Shown piece by piece: positions 1 to 9,309 of a DNA stretch of 64,000 nucleotides. The stretch lies in the NCBI GenBank assembly GCA_023133415.1, contig JAGLWM010000003.1, positions 10,544 through 74,543 on the forward strand, given 5' to 3'. Made by a program: the position numbers and the translations under genes. Origin of the DNA: Candidatus Pacearchaeota archaeon. GTDB taxonomy: Archaea; Nanobdellota; Nanobdellia; Pacearchaeales; GW2011-AR1. Numbering within the stretch: position 1 is the stretch's first letter; every line of letters begins with the position of its first letter. Below the pieces are notes generated by a model. That model saw only the letters and a program-made list of their open reading frames with translations. It was not told the origin of the DNA and ran no database searches.

Positions 1-697
1 TTTCATTTCTAATTACAACACAAAAAGGATTCTCCCCCATCATATAAGTTGTTGCAACAACATTTTGGTAGATATTTATCCACGCAGGAGTTTGTATTTC
101 TTTAGGCATATATCTTACTTCAGTTAATTTCAATTTCGCTCTTTTTTCTCCGACATCCTTCGCATCAAAATTATAAATTATTTTAGTTTTTACTTTTTTC
201 TTAATCCTTCTTTTGCTCCAATCATGTAAAAAATATCCTTCATATTTCACTGAAACCTCTCTCGGAATTCCTAAAACATAATTCATTTCTCCTCGTTTTG
301 ATTCATTCAGCATTTCCTCAAAAAAGGTTTTTATTCCCTTAATCCCCTCATAAACTTCTGCAATAGGTTTTTTTTCAGCCCGAGCCAACTTACTCCTTAA
401 CTCAGGAAGTTTTTTCCTAACTTCATTTTCTTCTTCATTTATTTTCTTCTTTTTCTCCTCTAAAAAATCAATTATTCTTTCTGGATCCGCCGCGTTAAAA
501 TGCTTCACATTATTTTTAACAATAGAACTAATCAATCCTTTTCTAATCAATCCTTCTAACACAGAATAAATCTTAGATATAGACACTCTGGCTTTTTGAC
601 TAATCGGACTGACTGTGCTAAATCCCAACTCAAGTAAAGCCAGATACACTCTTGCTTCTCCAGGGGTCAATCCAATTTCTTCTAAAATTTTTTCCAT
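1..697 (-). CDS. TrmB-family HTH transcriptional regulator (C-terminus runs off the window start)
   Basis: Not in the ORF track. Own translation from ATG at 695-697 gives MEKILEEIGLTPGEARVYLALLELGFSTVSPISQKARVSISKIYSVLEGLIRKGLISS... This is the same winged-helix N-terminus as the ORFs at 14563, 22211 and 60592. Confidence 0.7.
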   Translation of the reverse strand, partial: MEKILEEIGLTPGEARVYLALLELGFSTVSPISQKARVSISKIYSVLEGLIRKGLISSIVKNNVKHFNAADPERIIDFLEEKKKKINEEENEVRKKLPELRSKLARAEKKPIAEVYEGIKGIKTFFEEMLNESKRGEMNYVLGIPREVSVKYEGYFLHDWSKRRIKKKVKTKIIYNFDAKDVGEKRAKLKLTEVRYMPKEIQTPAWINIYQNVVATTYMMGENPFCVVIRNE

Positions 698-720
698 AAA
701 AACCCAGAGATTTTAAAGTA

Positions 721-759
721 TTTAAATATTCCCCCTAAGGGGGACATCACATTTAAATA
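721..759. promoter_or_regulatory. Divergent promoter candidate: two TTTAAATA boxes flanking a CCCCC-TAA-GGGGG hairpin
   Basis: TTTAAATA at 721-728 lies 24-31 nt from the minus-strand ATG at 697; a second copy is at 752-759. A perfect 5-bp stem at 731-743 sits between them. Confidence 0.3.
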
Positions 760-896
760 GTAAAATAATCTATACCTACTATAAAGTAAATACAAGATAA
801 AAAAGAAAATGGAAAACAAAAATCAGAAAAAAATTCAAACAAGAATGAGCAACTTAGTTGCGACTTTAAAGAGAGCCGAAAGGAGGTATAAATAAG

Positions 897-1403
897 ATGG
901 AAAATAAAAATAAACTTGAAAAAATGTTGGTCATAGAAGATAATGAAAATCATTTAACAGATGCTAAGAATTTTTTCAACGGAATTAAAGAAGTAGACGT
1001 GCACTATGCCACCACATTCGTAGAAGCCGAAAAGTTTCTAGGTGAATATGAACGAAATGAGAAATTTAAAGTAGATGGAGTAATAACAGATTTGTTTTTT
1101 CCAATTGATCATGAATATAGAAAAGAGATTAACGAAGGACCAAATGGATTAGTTGTTGCCGCTACTTGCCAAAGAGTAGGGATGCCTTATGTAATTTGTA
1201 CTGCAGGTTGGCACCATGGACATAAGAACAACTGGGCATGTTATATACACCGAGCAATGAATGGACCTGAAATGATTGATGGTGGAACTTATGACCGAGA
1301 CGAAAGTGAGTATGATTATACAAAAGGTGACGAGGTGGACCATAAAGATTGGAGTGAGGCTTACAGAACTTTAAAAGAAATAATCAAAAGTTCATCTAAG
1401 TAA
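897..1403 (+). CDS. Receiver (CheY-like) domain-like protein, orphan
   Basis: MLVIEDNENHL start and VDGVITDLFFP resemble the acidic pocket and phospho-acceptor Asp strand of REC domains. The rest is divergent. GGAGG lies 12 nt upstream. Confidence 0.4.
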   Translation: MENKNKLEKMLVIEDNENHLTDAKNFFNGIKEVDVHYATTFVEAEKFLGEYERNEKFKVDGVITDLFFPIDHEYRKEINEGPNGLVVAATCQRVGMPYVICTAGWHHGHKNNWACYIHRAMNGPEMIDGGTYDRDESEYDYTKGDEVDHKDWSEAYRTLKEIIKSSSK

Positions 1404-1436
1404 AATCCCCTAAAAAAAGCTGGAAGAAAATTTACA

Positions 1437-1472
1437 GGAAAGATAAAACACTCTTTCCTTTTTTTATTTTTT
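1437..1472 (+). terminator. Hairpin plus T-run after the receiver-like gene
   Basis: 7-bp stem GGAAAGA/TCTTTCC (1437-1443 with 1452-1458), 8-nt loop, then T7-A-T6. Confidence 0.45.
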
Positions 1473-1706
1473 ATATTATTTTTCCTCGCTATTCTCCACG
1501 ACCCCTTATAATTTATATTTTAATCAAACCAAACTAAAAAATTCTCCTCAACCTTTTCAAAAATTTCCTTATTCACCCTCGCTATTTTTTTCTTAATAAT
1601 ACTTTTATCGATAATAAACAAATTATTAAAATTAACTACATCTTCCCTTTATTCTATATGGGGTACAAATTCAACCAAACACTAAAATGTGCCCACATAA
1701 AATACT

Positions 1707-2744
1707 CTATTTCCACAAAACCTCAATATCATCCGTTCTCTCCCTCGGCGAAATATCAACTTTATCTAAATCCCTTTCAAAAATCCCGGCTTTATACATC
1801 TTCAACCCCAAATACCCAATCATCGCCCCATTATCAACCAACAACCCCCTATCCGGACAAAAAAACTTCGCCCCTCTCTCTTTACACATAATCTTGCACA
1901 TTTCCTGCAACCTCGAATTACAAGCGACGCCACCTCCAAGCAAAAGTTCTTTTTTCCCAGTATGCGCCAACGCCCTCTCCGCCGCCTCAACCAACATCGC
2001 AAAAATAACCTCCTGCATCGAATAAGCAATCCTCCCAAAATTCTCTCCCTTCTCAATCAAATTCCTAATCTGAGTCTGTATCCCTGAGAACGAAACATCC
2101 ATCCCTTTCACCGAGTACGACAACTCCAACAAGCCAGATTCTGACCTCTGACCTCTGATTTCTGACCTCTGATTTCTGACCTCTGACCTCTCAAATTCAA
2201 CAGCAAGCTGTTGAATTCGCGGTCCCCCCGGAAAACCCAGCCCCATATTCCGCGCAACCGTATCAATAAAATTCCCAACACCCAAATCCAACGTCTCACC
2301 AAAAACTCGAAACTTCCCACCCTCAAATGCAACAACCTGCGTATTCGCCCCACTCGCATAAAGCATCACCGGATCCTTCGCCCCAACACTCTCCCCAATA
2401 ACCAAATGCGCCACACAATGATTTACCCCAACAATAGGTACACCCAACCTTTTTGCCAATCTCTTCGCAAAAGCCATTCCCTCCAACAAACACGGAGCCA
2501 GCCCAGGAGCATTTGAAAGAGCGATCGCTTCAATTTCCTCTTCGGTAATACCCGCCTCCTTCAAAGCTTCATCATAAACTACGGGTGCAACTTCTTTATG
2601 ATGTCTTCGAACCTCAAGGGGAATCATCCCGCCTTTTTCAGTCGTATAACTATCTTTAATATTTGACAAAATTTTTCCGCCCCAATTCAAAACAGCCACT
2701 CCAAAAGTATGCGCCGTTGATTCAACTCCCAAAATGTATTTCAT
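1707..2744 (-). CDS. kae1: tRNA N6-adenosine threonylcarbamoyltransferase Kae1
   Basis: ILGVESTAHTFGVAV, NHCVAHL, KGMDVSFSG and GGGVACN motifs. Start moved to MKYILG. Carries the repeat-encoded insert RSEVRNQRSEIRGQRSESG. Confidence 0.9.
   Translation of the reverse strand: MKYILGVESTAHTFGVAVLNWGGKILSNIKDSYTTEKGGMIPLEVRRHHKEVAPVVYDEALKEAGITEEEIEAIALSNAPGLAPCLLEGMAFAKRLAKRLGVPIVGVNHCVAHLVIGESVGAKDPVMLYASGANTQVVAFEGGKFRVFGETLDLGVGNFIDTVARNMGLGFPGGPRIQQLAVEFERSEVRNQRSEIRGQRSESGLLELSYSVKGMDVSFSGIQTQIRNLIEKGENFGRIAYSMQEVIFAMLVEAAERALAHTGKKELLLGGGVACNSRLQEMCKIMCKERGAKFFCPDRGLLVDNGAMIGYLGLKMYKAGIFERDLDKVDISPRERTDDIEVLWK
2140..2190. repeat. Heptanucleotide tandem tract (TCTGACC/TCTGATT x7) in frame inside kae1
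   Basis: Units start at 2140, 2147, 2154, 2161, 2168, 2175 and 2182. An 11-bp perfect inverted repeat follows at 2194-2204 / 2207-2217. Confidence 0.85.
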
Positions 2745-2819
2745 AGAAAAAGAAACGATTCCATATTTAAAAATATTAGTTAAAAACAAAATGTGGAAGA
2801 ATGCAAAATAAATTAATAC

Positions 2820-3839
2820 CTATTTCTTTTTAGAAATTTTCTTTTTCACTTTTTTCCTCGCTACCTTTTGCAAATCTACAACCCTATCGTCTTCATCAAC
2901 AATTTCTTTTCTCAAAATTTCCTCAATAATATCTTCCATGGTAATAATTCCTACAAACTCCTTATATCTATTAAATACAATAGCTAAATGAATTCTCTCT
3001 TTAATAAACTGATTAAGAACGGAATCTAAATTTTTCTTATTAGTCACTTCTAATAAATTTGTTCTATAAATATCTTTTACTTTCGCTCCTTTCTTAACTC
3101 CGACTAAGTCTTTTGAATAAAGAATCCCGACGAGGTTATCAATTTTCTTTTTATAAATAGGGATACGAGTAAATCCTGAATCCTTAATATTTTTCAATAT
3201 CTCTTCAGTTAAGATGGCGTCTACTTCAAGTGAAAAAACAACTATTCTGGGGGTCATCACGTCTTCGACATTTTTTTTCGAAAAGGAAAGTGCACCGAGT
3301 ATTATTTTCTCTTCGTCAGAATCAATACTGGATTTTGATGAATCTTCATGAAGTCTAATAATTTCCTCTAACTCATGTCTCGACCAGATTGTTGGCATCT
3401 CCTCACCAAGTATTTTGTCTAATACTTTTGCAATTGGCCAACAAATAGGATACAAAATAAATATCAAGCCTTTAACTATCCAAACCGTTTTAGCACCGAC
3501 GGTTAAAGCATAACGAGAAACGGTTGCTTGCGGAATAATTTCTCCAAAAATAACAATAAGACCTGTAGCAATTACTCCTGCAAAAACTCCATTGGCAATA
3601 CTCCCAAGAAAAAGTGCAATAGCAGAATTCACCGCCACATTTCCCAACAATAAAGTACAAAGTAGCAAATTACCCCTTTTACGAACACTATATACTTTCT
3701 TGGCTTTTTTATCACCAAGTTTAATCTTACGCTCCAACTCTGTCTTATCTAACCCAAGTAATCCAAGTGTTAAACCTGAAAAAAGACCAGATAAAGAAAC
3801 CAAAATAATGATAATGATAATAACCCAACACTCTACCAT
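2820..3839 (-). CDS. CNNM/CorC-type transporter (DUF21 membrane domain + CBS pair)
   Basis: Hydrophobic N-terminal half, then CBS-like segments (MTPRIVVFSL..., HLAIVFNRYKEFVGIITMEDIIEEI). Confidence 0.8.
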   Translation of the reverse strand: MVECWVIIIIIILVSLSGLFSGLTLGLLGLDKTELERKIKLGDKKAKKVYSVRKRGNLLLCTLLLGNVAVNSAIALFLGSIANGVFAGVIATGLIVIFGEIIPQATVSRYALTVGAKTVWIVKGLIFILYPICWPIAKVLDKILGEEMPTIWSRHELEEIIRLHEDSSKSSIDSDEEKIILGALSFSKKNVEDVMTPRIVVFSLEVDAILTEEILKNIKDSGFTRIPIYKKKIDNLVGILYSKDLVGVKKGAKVKDIYRTNLLEVTNKKNLDSVLNQFIKERIHLAIVFNRYKEFVGIITMEDIIEEILRKEIVDEDDRVVDLQKVARKKVKKKISKKK

Positions 3840-3933
3840 TTTTTTAAAATTGTAACAAAGTTTTTAAAAGTTTAGTATTATTATCTCGCATAACATATAA
3901 ATACTATCCTCTTTTTACCCCATAAAAAATAAC

Positions 3934-4968
3934 ATGCTAAACTCAACTCAACTCCAAGAAATCCGCAACCAATTAGAAACTTCACAAAATCCACTCTTCT
4001 TCTACGACAATGACGTCGACGGGCTCTGCTCATTCCTAGTCCTACGCCGAGCACTAGACCGTGGCAAAGGCGTCGCAATAAAATCATTCCCTGAACTGAA
4101 AGCACAATACACAAAAAAAATCGATGAACTAAATCCCGACGTAATTATAATCCTAGATAAAGCCGAACTAAGCAAAGAATTCGCGGACCATGCTGAAGAA
4201 AAAGGCGTACCAATACTCTGGATAGATCACCACGAAAGCAAGACCCCGCAAGAAACAATCCAAAAAACATCTTACTACAACTCCCACCCTTCGGCCGAAC
4301 CCATCTCCTTCATAGCGCAAAAAATCTTCAACAGACCGCAAGATCTCTGGCTCGCAATAATCGGATGTATTGGAGACGTCTATACGCCAGACTTCGCAGA
4401 ACAATTCGCAGAAGAAAACCCAGACCTCCTACCAAAAAATACTGATGCCTTCACCGCACTCCAAACAACCACAATCGGCAAAATTGCAAGAATGCTAAAC
4501 TTCGGCCTGATGGACACAACAACAAACATCCTCAAACTAATCAAATATCTTTTCAAAGCCACAACCCCATACGATCTCCTCGAAGAAAACCCTTACACCA
4601 AGCAATTCCACAAACGAGTCAATCAACTCGAAGCATTCTTCCAAAAACAAATCCAAAAAGCAGAAGCACAACTAGACAAAAAATCTTCTCTTCTCTTCTT
4701 CACTTATTCAGGCAACACCTCAATGTCATCCGAAATCTCAAACCGCCTGGCATTCAATCACAAAGACAAACTCATAGTCGTTGCATTCCTCCGACCAGAA
4801 AAAGCCAATATATCAGTCCGAGGAAAAAACGCACTAAAAATAACAAAGACCGCAATAGAAAACATATTAGGAGCAACGGGCGGCGGACACGAAAAAGCAA
4901 CGGGTGCAATGGTTCCGATTTCCGATTTCGAAAAATTCAAAAGCAATATCATACAATTAACACAATAA
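3934..4968 (+). CDS. DHH/DHHA1 family phosphoesterase (RecJ/NrnA-like)
   Basis: DNDVDGLCS, IDHH and GGGHEKATGA motifs. Confidence 0.75.
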   Translation: MLNSTQLQEIRNQLETSQNPLFFYDNDVDGLCSFLVLRRALDRGKGVAIKSFPELKAQYTKKIDELNPDVIIILDKAELSKEFADHAEEKGVPILWIDHHESKTPQETIQKTSYYNSHPSAEPISFIAQKIFNRPQDLWLAIIGCIGDVYTPDFAEQFAEENPDLLPKNTDAFTALQTTTIGKIARMLNFGLMDTTTNILKLIKYLFKATTPYDLLEENPYTKQFHKRVNQLEAFFQKQIQKAEAQLDKKSSLLFFTYSGNTSMSSEISNRLAFNHKDKLIVVAFLRPEKANISVRGKNALKITKTAIENILGATGGGHEKATGAMVPISDFEKFKSNIIQLTQ

Positions 4969-5000
4969 ATACTTATAAAGAGAAATCCCCAAATAATTTC

Positions 5001-5372
5001 ATGAGTAAAAAACTTTCACTTTTAGAAAGATTAGATAATGCTCTAAGTATTACATCTTCCGAAACTGAAGAAAATCAGGTATATTCTTTACTTTATAATA
5101 TAGGCAAAAAAGCTGTAGAACATAATTATGAAACATTCTACAAAAAAATATTAAACTATCAGAGCCTCTCCCTTGCAGAAAATCCCGTAATACGAAAAAA
5201 TATTCAAAAAATTACTGCGGGCAAAGAATTAGCAAACAAATTAAAATATACCATTATCTTACCAGAAAGAAACTTAAAACATTACGGTGCAAAATATAGA
5301 CGAGCCACAAAAAAAGAATATCAATTGTTAACAAAATTTTATCAAGAAGAAAAGAATGAGAAAAATATATAA
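5001..5372 (+). CDS. Hypothetical protein
   Basis: ORF only. Overlaps the PhoH-like gene by 17 nt and has island-type low-GC composition. Confidence 0.4.
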   Translation: MSKKLSLLERLDNALSITSSETEENQVYSLLYNIGKKAVEHNYETFYKKILNYQSLSLAENPVIRKNIQKITAGKELANKLKYTIILPERNLKHYGAKYRRATKKEYQLLTKFYQEEKNEKNI

Positions 5373-6717
5373 GGTTGAATCAGACATTCTAGCTTCTGCA
5401 GGAGAAGAAGGATTAGCGCGAATAGCAGAAGATAATATTGTATATATAGATTTTAAAGAATTAGAAGAAAGAGCTACTAACACAAAAGATTCAAATTATT
5501 ACGAGCTCCGAAATGTTCTTAAATGGACTAACCAGATGATGGACGAAACACTTTATAATAAAAAACAAAACGGACAAATAATACTACCGTCTGGAGGAAT
5601 AATAAGCTGGAAAGATGTACCCGATGAAGCAGAATATATTACTCGATGTCCAGCAAAAACCTCTCAATTAAAAAGAAAAAATAAAAATGTTTCTTTTCCA
5701 GATTTTTTAAAATACACCATAACTCCATTGAAATCTGGTTTAATAAACATAAATCATAATAATCCTGACAAAATGACAATAAACGAGATCTTAGAAAAAA
5801 CAGGACTAGACTCACTATATGGACATCAATATATACTAGTTAACAATCAACTAGTTTACAAAGTACAGCAAGAATTAAAAGAACATAATTCAAGTGGAAG
5901 ATTTTCCACAACCGATAAAATTTCACTAACAAAATTTAACAGAAATGCACAAATAAAATCAGAACTACCTTTACTAAGAGCCAGAACACTCGAACAAAAA
6001 CTTTGCTGGGATCAATTAACTAGTAAAGATGTGGAATTAAGTTTTATAACGGGCGGATCTGGTTCTGGAAAAACAGTAATTGCATACGCAGCAGCAATTA
6101 ACCAAATTCTCGGGACAGAACAGAAAAGAAGCTACAATGGAATAATTTTATTCAAAACAAATGATATTATCGGAGAAGAAAATCGAAAATTGGGATTTTT
6201 GCCAGGAAATATTTTTGAAAAAACATATCAAGGAATGAAAAGTTTTGAGGACGCCCACAACCTTTGCGGAATTGATGAATTTCTTCCATTTAGAGAAATA
6301 CTCCTACATCCAAAAAAATCTATTGAGCCAGGAGCAGAATTAAGAGCCAAAGACAAAATCGGAAATCTTTATCTGCCAGCAAAAACTCCAGCAATAGAAA
6401 TAGAACACCTACAATTTGCACGGGGACGAACTTTTGAAAATAAAATCATATTCGTAGATGAAGTTCAAAATTACACGCCATTTGAAATCAAACAATTAAT
6501 GGAACGAACTGGACAAGGATGCAAAATATTTTTAGTCGGAGATCCTGAACAAGTGGACAATCCCAAATTGTCTCCAGAATTTAACGGATTAGTTTACGCA
6601 TCCAATAAATTTTATGGTAGACACCCTAGAATTTCATTTATGTATTTTGATAAAAATTTTAGATCTCAATCTGCAGAAATTATACGAAGATTCGGAGCAC
6701 CAAAAGCTTTGAATTAA
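5356..6717 (+). CDS. PhoH-like ATPase with unrecognised ~230-aa N-terminal domain
   Basis: Walker A GGSGSGKT, Walker B IIFVDEVQN and GDPEQVDN as in PhoH family. No PIN-like motif seen at the N-terminus. Confidence 0.75.
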   Translation: MRKIYKVESDILASAGEEGLARIAEDNIVYIDFKELEERATNTKDSNYYELRNVLKWTNQMMDETLYNKKQNGQIILPSGGIISWKDVPDEAEYITRCPAKTSQLKRKNKNVSFPDFLKYTITPLKSGLININHNNPDKMTINEILEKTGLDSLYGHQYILVNNQLVYKVQQELKEHNSSGRFSTTDKISLTKFNRNAQIKSELPLLRARTLEQKLCWDQLTSKDVELSFITGGSGSGKTVIAYAAAINQILGTEQKRSYNGIILFKTNDIIGEENRKLGFLPGNIFEKTYQGMKSFEDAHNLCGIDEFLPFREILLHPKKSIEPGAELRAKDKIGNLYLPAKTPAIEIEHLQFARGRTFENKIIFVDEVQNYTPFEIKQLMERTGQGCKIFLVGDPEQVDNPKLSPEFNGLVYASNKFYGRHPRISFMYFDKNFRSQSAEIIRRFGAPKALN

Positions 6718-6916
6718 ATATAAATGATAATTTAAATTTCAAAACACTTAGCTCACCAGAGATACTGTGTGAAAACCTTAAATCACCTACTGGATGGTTC
6801 TTAAGAACCTTGCCAAAACTCTTAAAAACCCAAAATCTCTCAACCTAACATGAGTTTAGCAATCCCAATCCACAGCTACTAGAAAACCTAGTCATAACTC
6901 TCAAAATTCTCTCAAA

Positions 6917-7879
6917 ATGAAAAAAGTTAAAGATTTTCTATGGAAACCCGACATGACCGTCGAAGAATTAGTCGACTCATTCGGAAATCTAGGCTACCAA
7001 GCAATCGAACTCAACGAAGCAACAAAAGTCGTCCTTAAAATGAAAAGGACAAACACAAAAATTTTCCTAACCTTCACATCAAATATGGTAACTTCCGGTC
7101 TACGCGGGCTATTCGCACAACTCTGCTCCCTCAAAATCCCAAACATCCTCATCACAACATCCGGCGCAATCGAAGAAGACATTATGAAATCTTTAGGAAT
7201 AGACTTCGAAATCTCATCCTTCCACGCAGACGACACCGCACTCCACGAAAAAGGCGAAAACAGAATCGGCAACCTGATAATACGAACCGAGTCCTACATG
7301 AAATTCGAAGACGAAATGATAAAATACCTAAACAAAGTATACCAAAAAAAGCAAAGAATCTCAACATCAGAACTACTACACGAGATAGGTATACTAATCA
7401 AAGACGAAAATTCAATCCTCCACCAAGCCGCAAAAAACAACATCCCAATCTATTGCCCCGGAATAGCCGATTCCTCATTCGGATTTCAACTTTTCATGTT
7501 CCAACAAAAAAACCCAGACTTCATCGTAGACACAATCCTCGACATGCAAAGAATAGTAACAGACCTCTCATTCGACGAAAAAAAAGGACTAATCTCTTTA
7601 GGTGGTTCAATCTCAAAACACTACGCAGTATTCGCTGCCCTCCTCTCCGGCGGCCTCGACTACGCAATCTACATGACAACATCCCATGCAACATCCGGCT
7701 CAATGTCAGGCGCAACCACACAAGAAGCAAAGTCATGGGGCAAAATCAAGGACGATGGACAAGCCGCAACAGTAAATGGAGATGTCTGCATAACATTTCC
7801 ACTATTAATAACCTCAACTCTGGATAAAATGAAAAAAGAAGGACTACTAAAAAATAACCAAGCTCATGAAAAATTATAA
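6917..7879 (+). CDS. dys: Deoxyhypusine synthase
   Basis: TSNMVTSGLRG, ITTSGAIEEDI, LGGSISKHY and EAKSWGKI motifs. Confidence 0.9.
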   Translation: MKKVKDFLWKPDMTVEELVDSFGNLGYQAIELNEATKVVLKMKRTNTKIFLTFTSNMVTSGLRGLFAQLCSLKIPNILITTSGAIEEDIMKSLGIDFEISSFHADDTALHEKGENRIGNLIIRTESYMKFEDEMIKYLNKVYQKKQRISTSELLHEIGILIKDENSILHQAAKNNIPIYCPGIADSSFGFQLFMFQQKNPDFIVDTILDMQRIVTDLSFDEKKGLISLGGSISKHYAVFAALLSGGLDYAIYMTTSHATSGSMSGATTQEAKSWGKIKDDGQAATVNGDVCITFPLLITSTLDKMKKEGLLKNNQAHEKL

Positions 7880-8234
7880 AATAACCGAATTAGAAAGTGT
7901 CGAAGAAGTGGGCTGTCTCGCCGAACAAGACATTGTCAGATGTAAAAGCTCCAAAGGAGATGATTTAGCTTTAGTAATTAAAAATACCGCTATTTCCCCT
8001 GGTGATTTTAATTTTATTGTTTTTCGAGAAATGCCTCTTGGTAGTCTAGAGTTATTTCAATATATCGGAATAAAAAAAGATCAGACTCCCCCACAATTTG
8101 ACTTAATTGATAAAAAGTTAATTTTTAAAGAAGATGGCTCTTCTTCCCCCATTTACTATCAACGAATATCTCCAGAAATTATTAAAGATAATTATAGCAA
8201 ATATGTTTCTATAATAAAAAGGCTTAAAAAATGA
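7866..8234 (+). CDS. Hypothetical protein (inserted between DHS and decarboxylase)
   Basis: ORF only, with island-type composition. Flanked by a 24-nt imperfect direct repeat at 7829-7853 / 8231-8254. Confidence 0.45.
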   Translation: MKNYKITELESVEEVGCLAEQDIVRCKSSKGDDLALVIKNTAISPGDFNFIVFREMPLGSLELFQYIGIKKDQTPPQFDLIDKKLIFKEDGSSSPIYYQRISPEIIKDNYSKYVSIIKRLKK

Positions 8235-8253
8235 AAAAAGAAGGATTGCTAAA

Positions 8254-9309
8254 ATGAACCCATATTTTTCTCTCTCAAAATCCAAACTCCTAGATCAAAT
8301 CAAAGTCCTAGAAGACTTAGGATTAAAAATCTCCTACTCATACAAAACCAACCGACAAATCGGCGACATCCTCCAAGAACTCAACATTCCTGAAAACAAA
8401 CCGACAACCGTACATTTTTCCATTCATGCAAAAAAAGAAATAAACATGATAAAAGACAAAACCAAAATTTCATTCTTTACCCAAGCAGAATCCATAGAAG
8501 AACTAAAAGAAATAATTAGCCAAGGAATTACAACCTTTGTAATCGACAATGAATTAGATCTAGAAAAAATTCTAAAAGCCACAGAAGAAACAAATATAAA
8601 AATAAATCTTTCTCTAAGAATGAAATTCCAAGAACACAGAATCGGCACCGGAAAATATTTCGTCTACGGCATGCCCTCCAAAAAAGTAAACGACCTAATC
8701 TCAAAACTAAAAAATAATCCCCAAATAAACCAACTTGGAATCCACATCCACCGAAAATCTCAAAACACATCCGAATGGGAAATCGTCGAAGAACTTCAAG
8801 ACTCCCTAACACAAGAAACACTTTCAACAATCTCAATCCTCAACCTAGGCGGCGGACTCCCTGTCCAATACAAATCCTACACAAACTCAACTCTGCCATA
8901 CATTCTCAAAAAAATATCCAATGCAAAAGAATTCCTAGATAAATATAACATCCAAACAATAATCGAACCAGGCAGATTCCTAGCAGCTCCGCCGATCAAA
9001 CTCCGCACAAACATAATCCAAATCCAAGAAAACAACATCATCCTAAACACAACAATCTACAACTGCGCCCTAGACAACGTCCTAACCGAAACAAAAATGC
9101 TCGTTAAAGAAGAAATCCCAGAAGAACAGGAAGGACAATATTATCTTCTCAAAGGAAACTCTCCAACACGAGACGACATTTTCAGATACAAAGTCAAACT
9201 AACAGACCCAAAAGTCGGAGACGAGATAACATTCATAAACGCAGGCGCCTACAATTACACAACCGATTTTTTCGGATATAAAAAACTGGAAACAAAAATA
9301 ATAGAATGA
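8254..9309 (+). CDS. PLP-dependent Orn/DAP/Arg decarboxylase (likely arginine decarboxylase)
   Basis: SYSYKTN (PLP-Lys context), LNLGGGLPVQY and IIEPGRFLAAP motifs. Overlaps the agmatinase gene. Confidence 0.75.
   Translation: MNPYFSLSKSKLLDQIKVLEDLGLKISYSYKTNRQIGDILQELNIPENKPTTVHFSIHAKKEINMIKDKTKISFFTQAESIEELKEIISQGITTFVIDNELDLEKILKATEETNIKINLSLRMKFQEHRIGTGKYFVYGMPSKKVNDLISKLKNNPQINQLGIHIHRKSQNTSEWEIVEELQDSLTQETLSTISILNLGGGLPVQYKSYTNSTLPYILKKISNAKEFLDKYNIQTIIEPGRFLAAPPIKLRTNIIQIQENNIILNTTIYNCALDNVLTETKMLVKEEIPEEQEGQYYLLKGNSPTRDDIFRYKVKLTDPKVGDEITFINAGAYNYTTDFFGYKKLETKIIE

Noticed and set aside
878-892. Identical 15-mer GAAAGGAGGTATAAA upstream of the receiver-like gene (878-892) and ftsZ (47408-47422), considered as a shared regulatory element.
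   Set aside because: The simplest reading is a strong Shine-Dalgarno-like AGGAGG plus AT-rich spacer. Spacing to the ATG differs (about 5 versus 12 nt after the motif). Two occurrences are too few to claim a motif.
753-953. 66-aa minus-strand ORF in the promoter region upstream of the receiver-like gene.
   Set aside because: It is an F/I/S-rich translation of an AT-rich intergenic region and overlaps the start of the + strand gene.
2140-2190. The heptamer tracts as a possible CRISPR array or mini-array.
   Set aside because: The repeat unit is 7 nt with no spacers. The tracts lie inside conserved coding sequences and keep the reading frame. No cas genes are present.
1658-2516. Long + strand ORFs (1658-1891, 1687-2025, 2211-2516) and minus-strand frame-shadow ORFs (1820-2056, 2108-2359) overlapping kae1.
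   Set aside because: These are P/T/N/R-rich low-complexity translations antisense to, or out of frame with, a gene that has clear Kae1 motifs. The skewed composition makes stop codons rare in those frames. The same applies to 16456-17274, 23076-24167, 24951-25319, 26127-26657, 28013-28606, 32272-33408, 34365-35156 and 48611-49288.
6796-6809. Perfect 14-nt palindrome GGTTCTTAAGAACC downstream of the PhoH-like gene.
   Set aside because: It is a single occurrence with no loop and no flanking T-run. I could not support it as a terminator or binding site.
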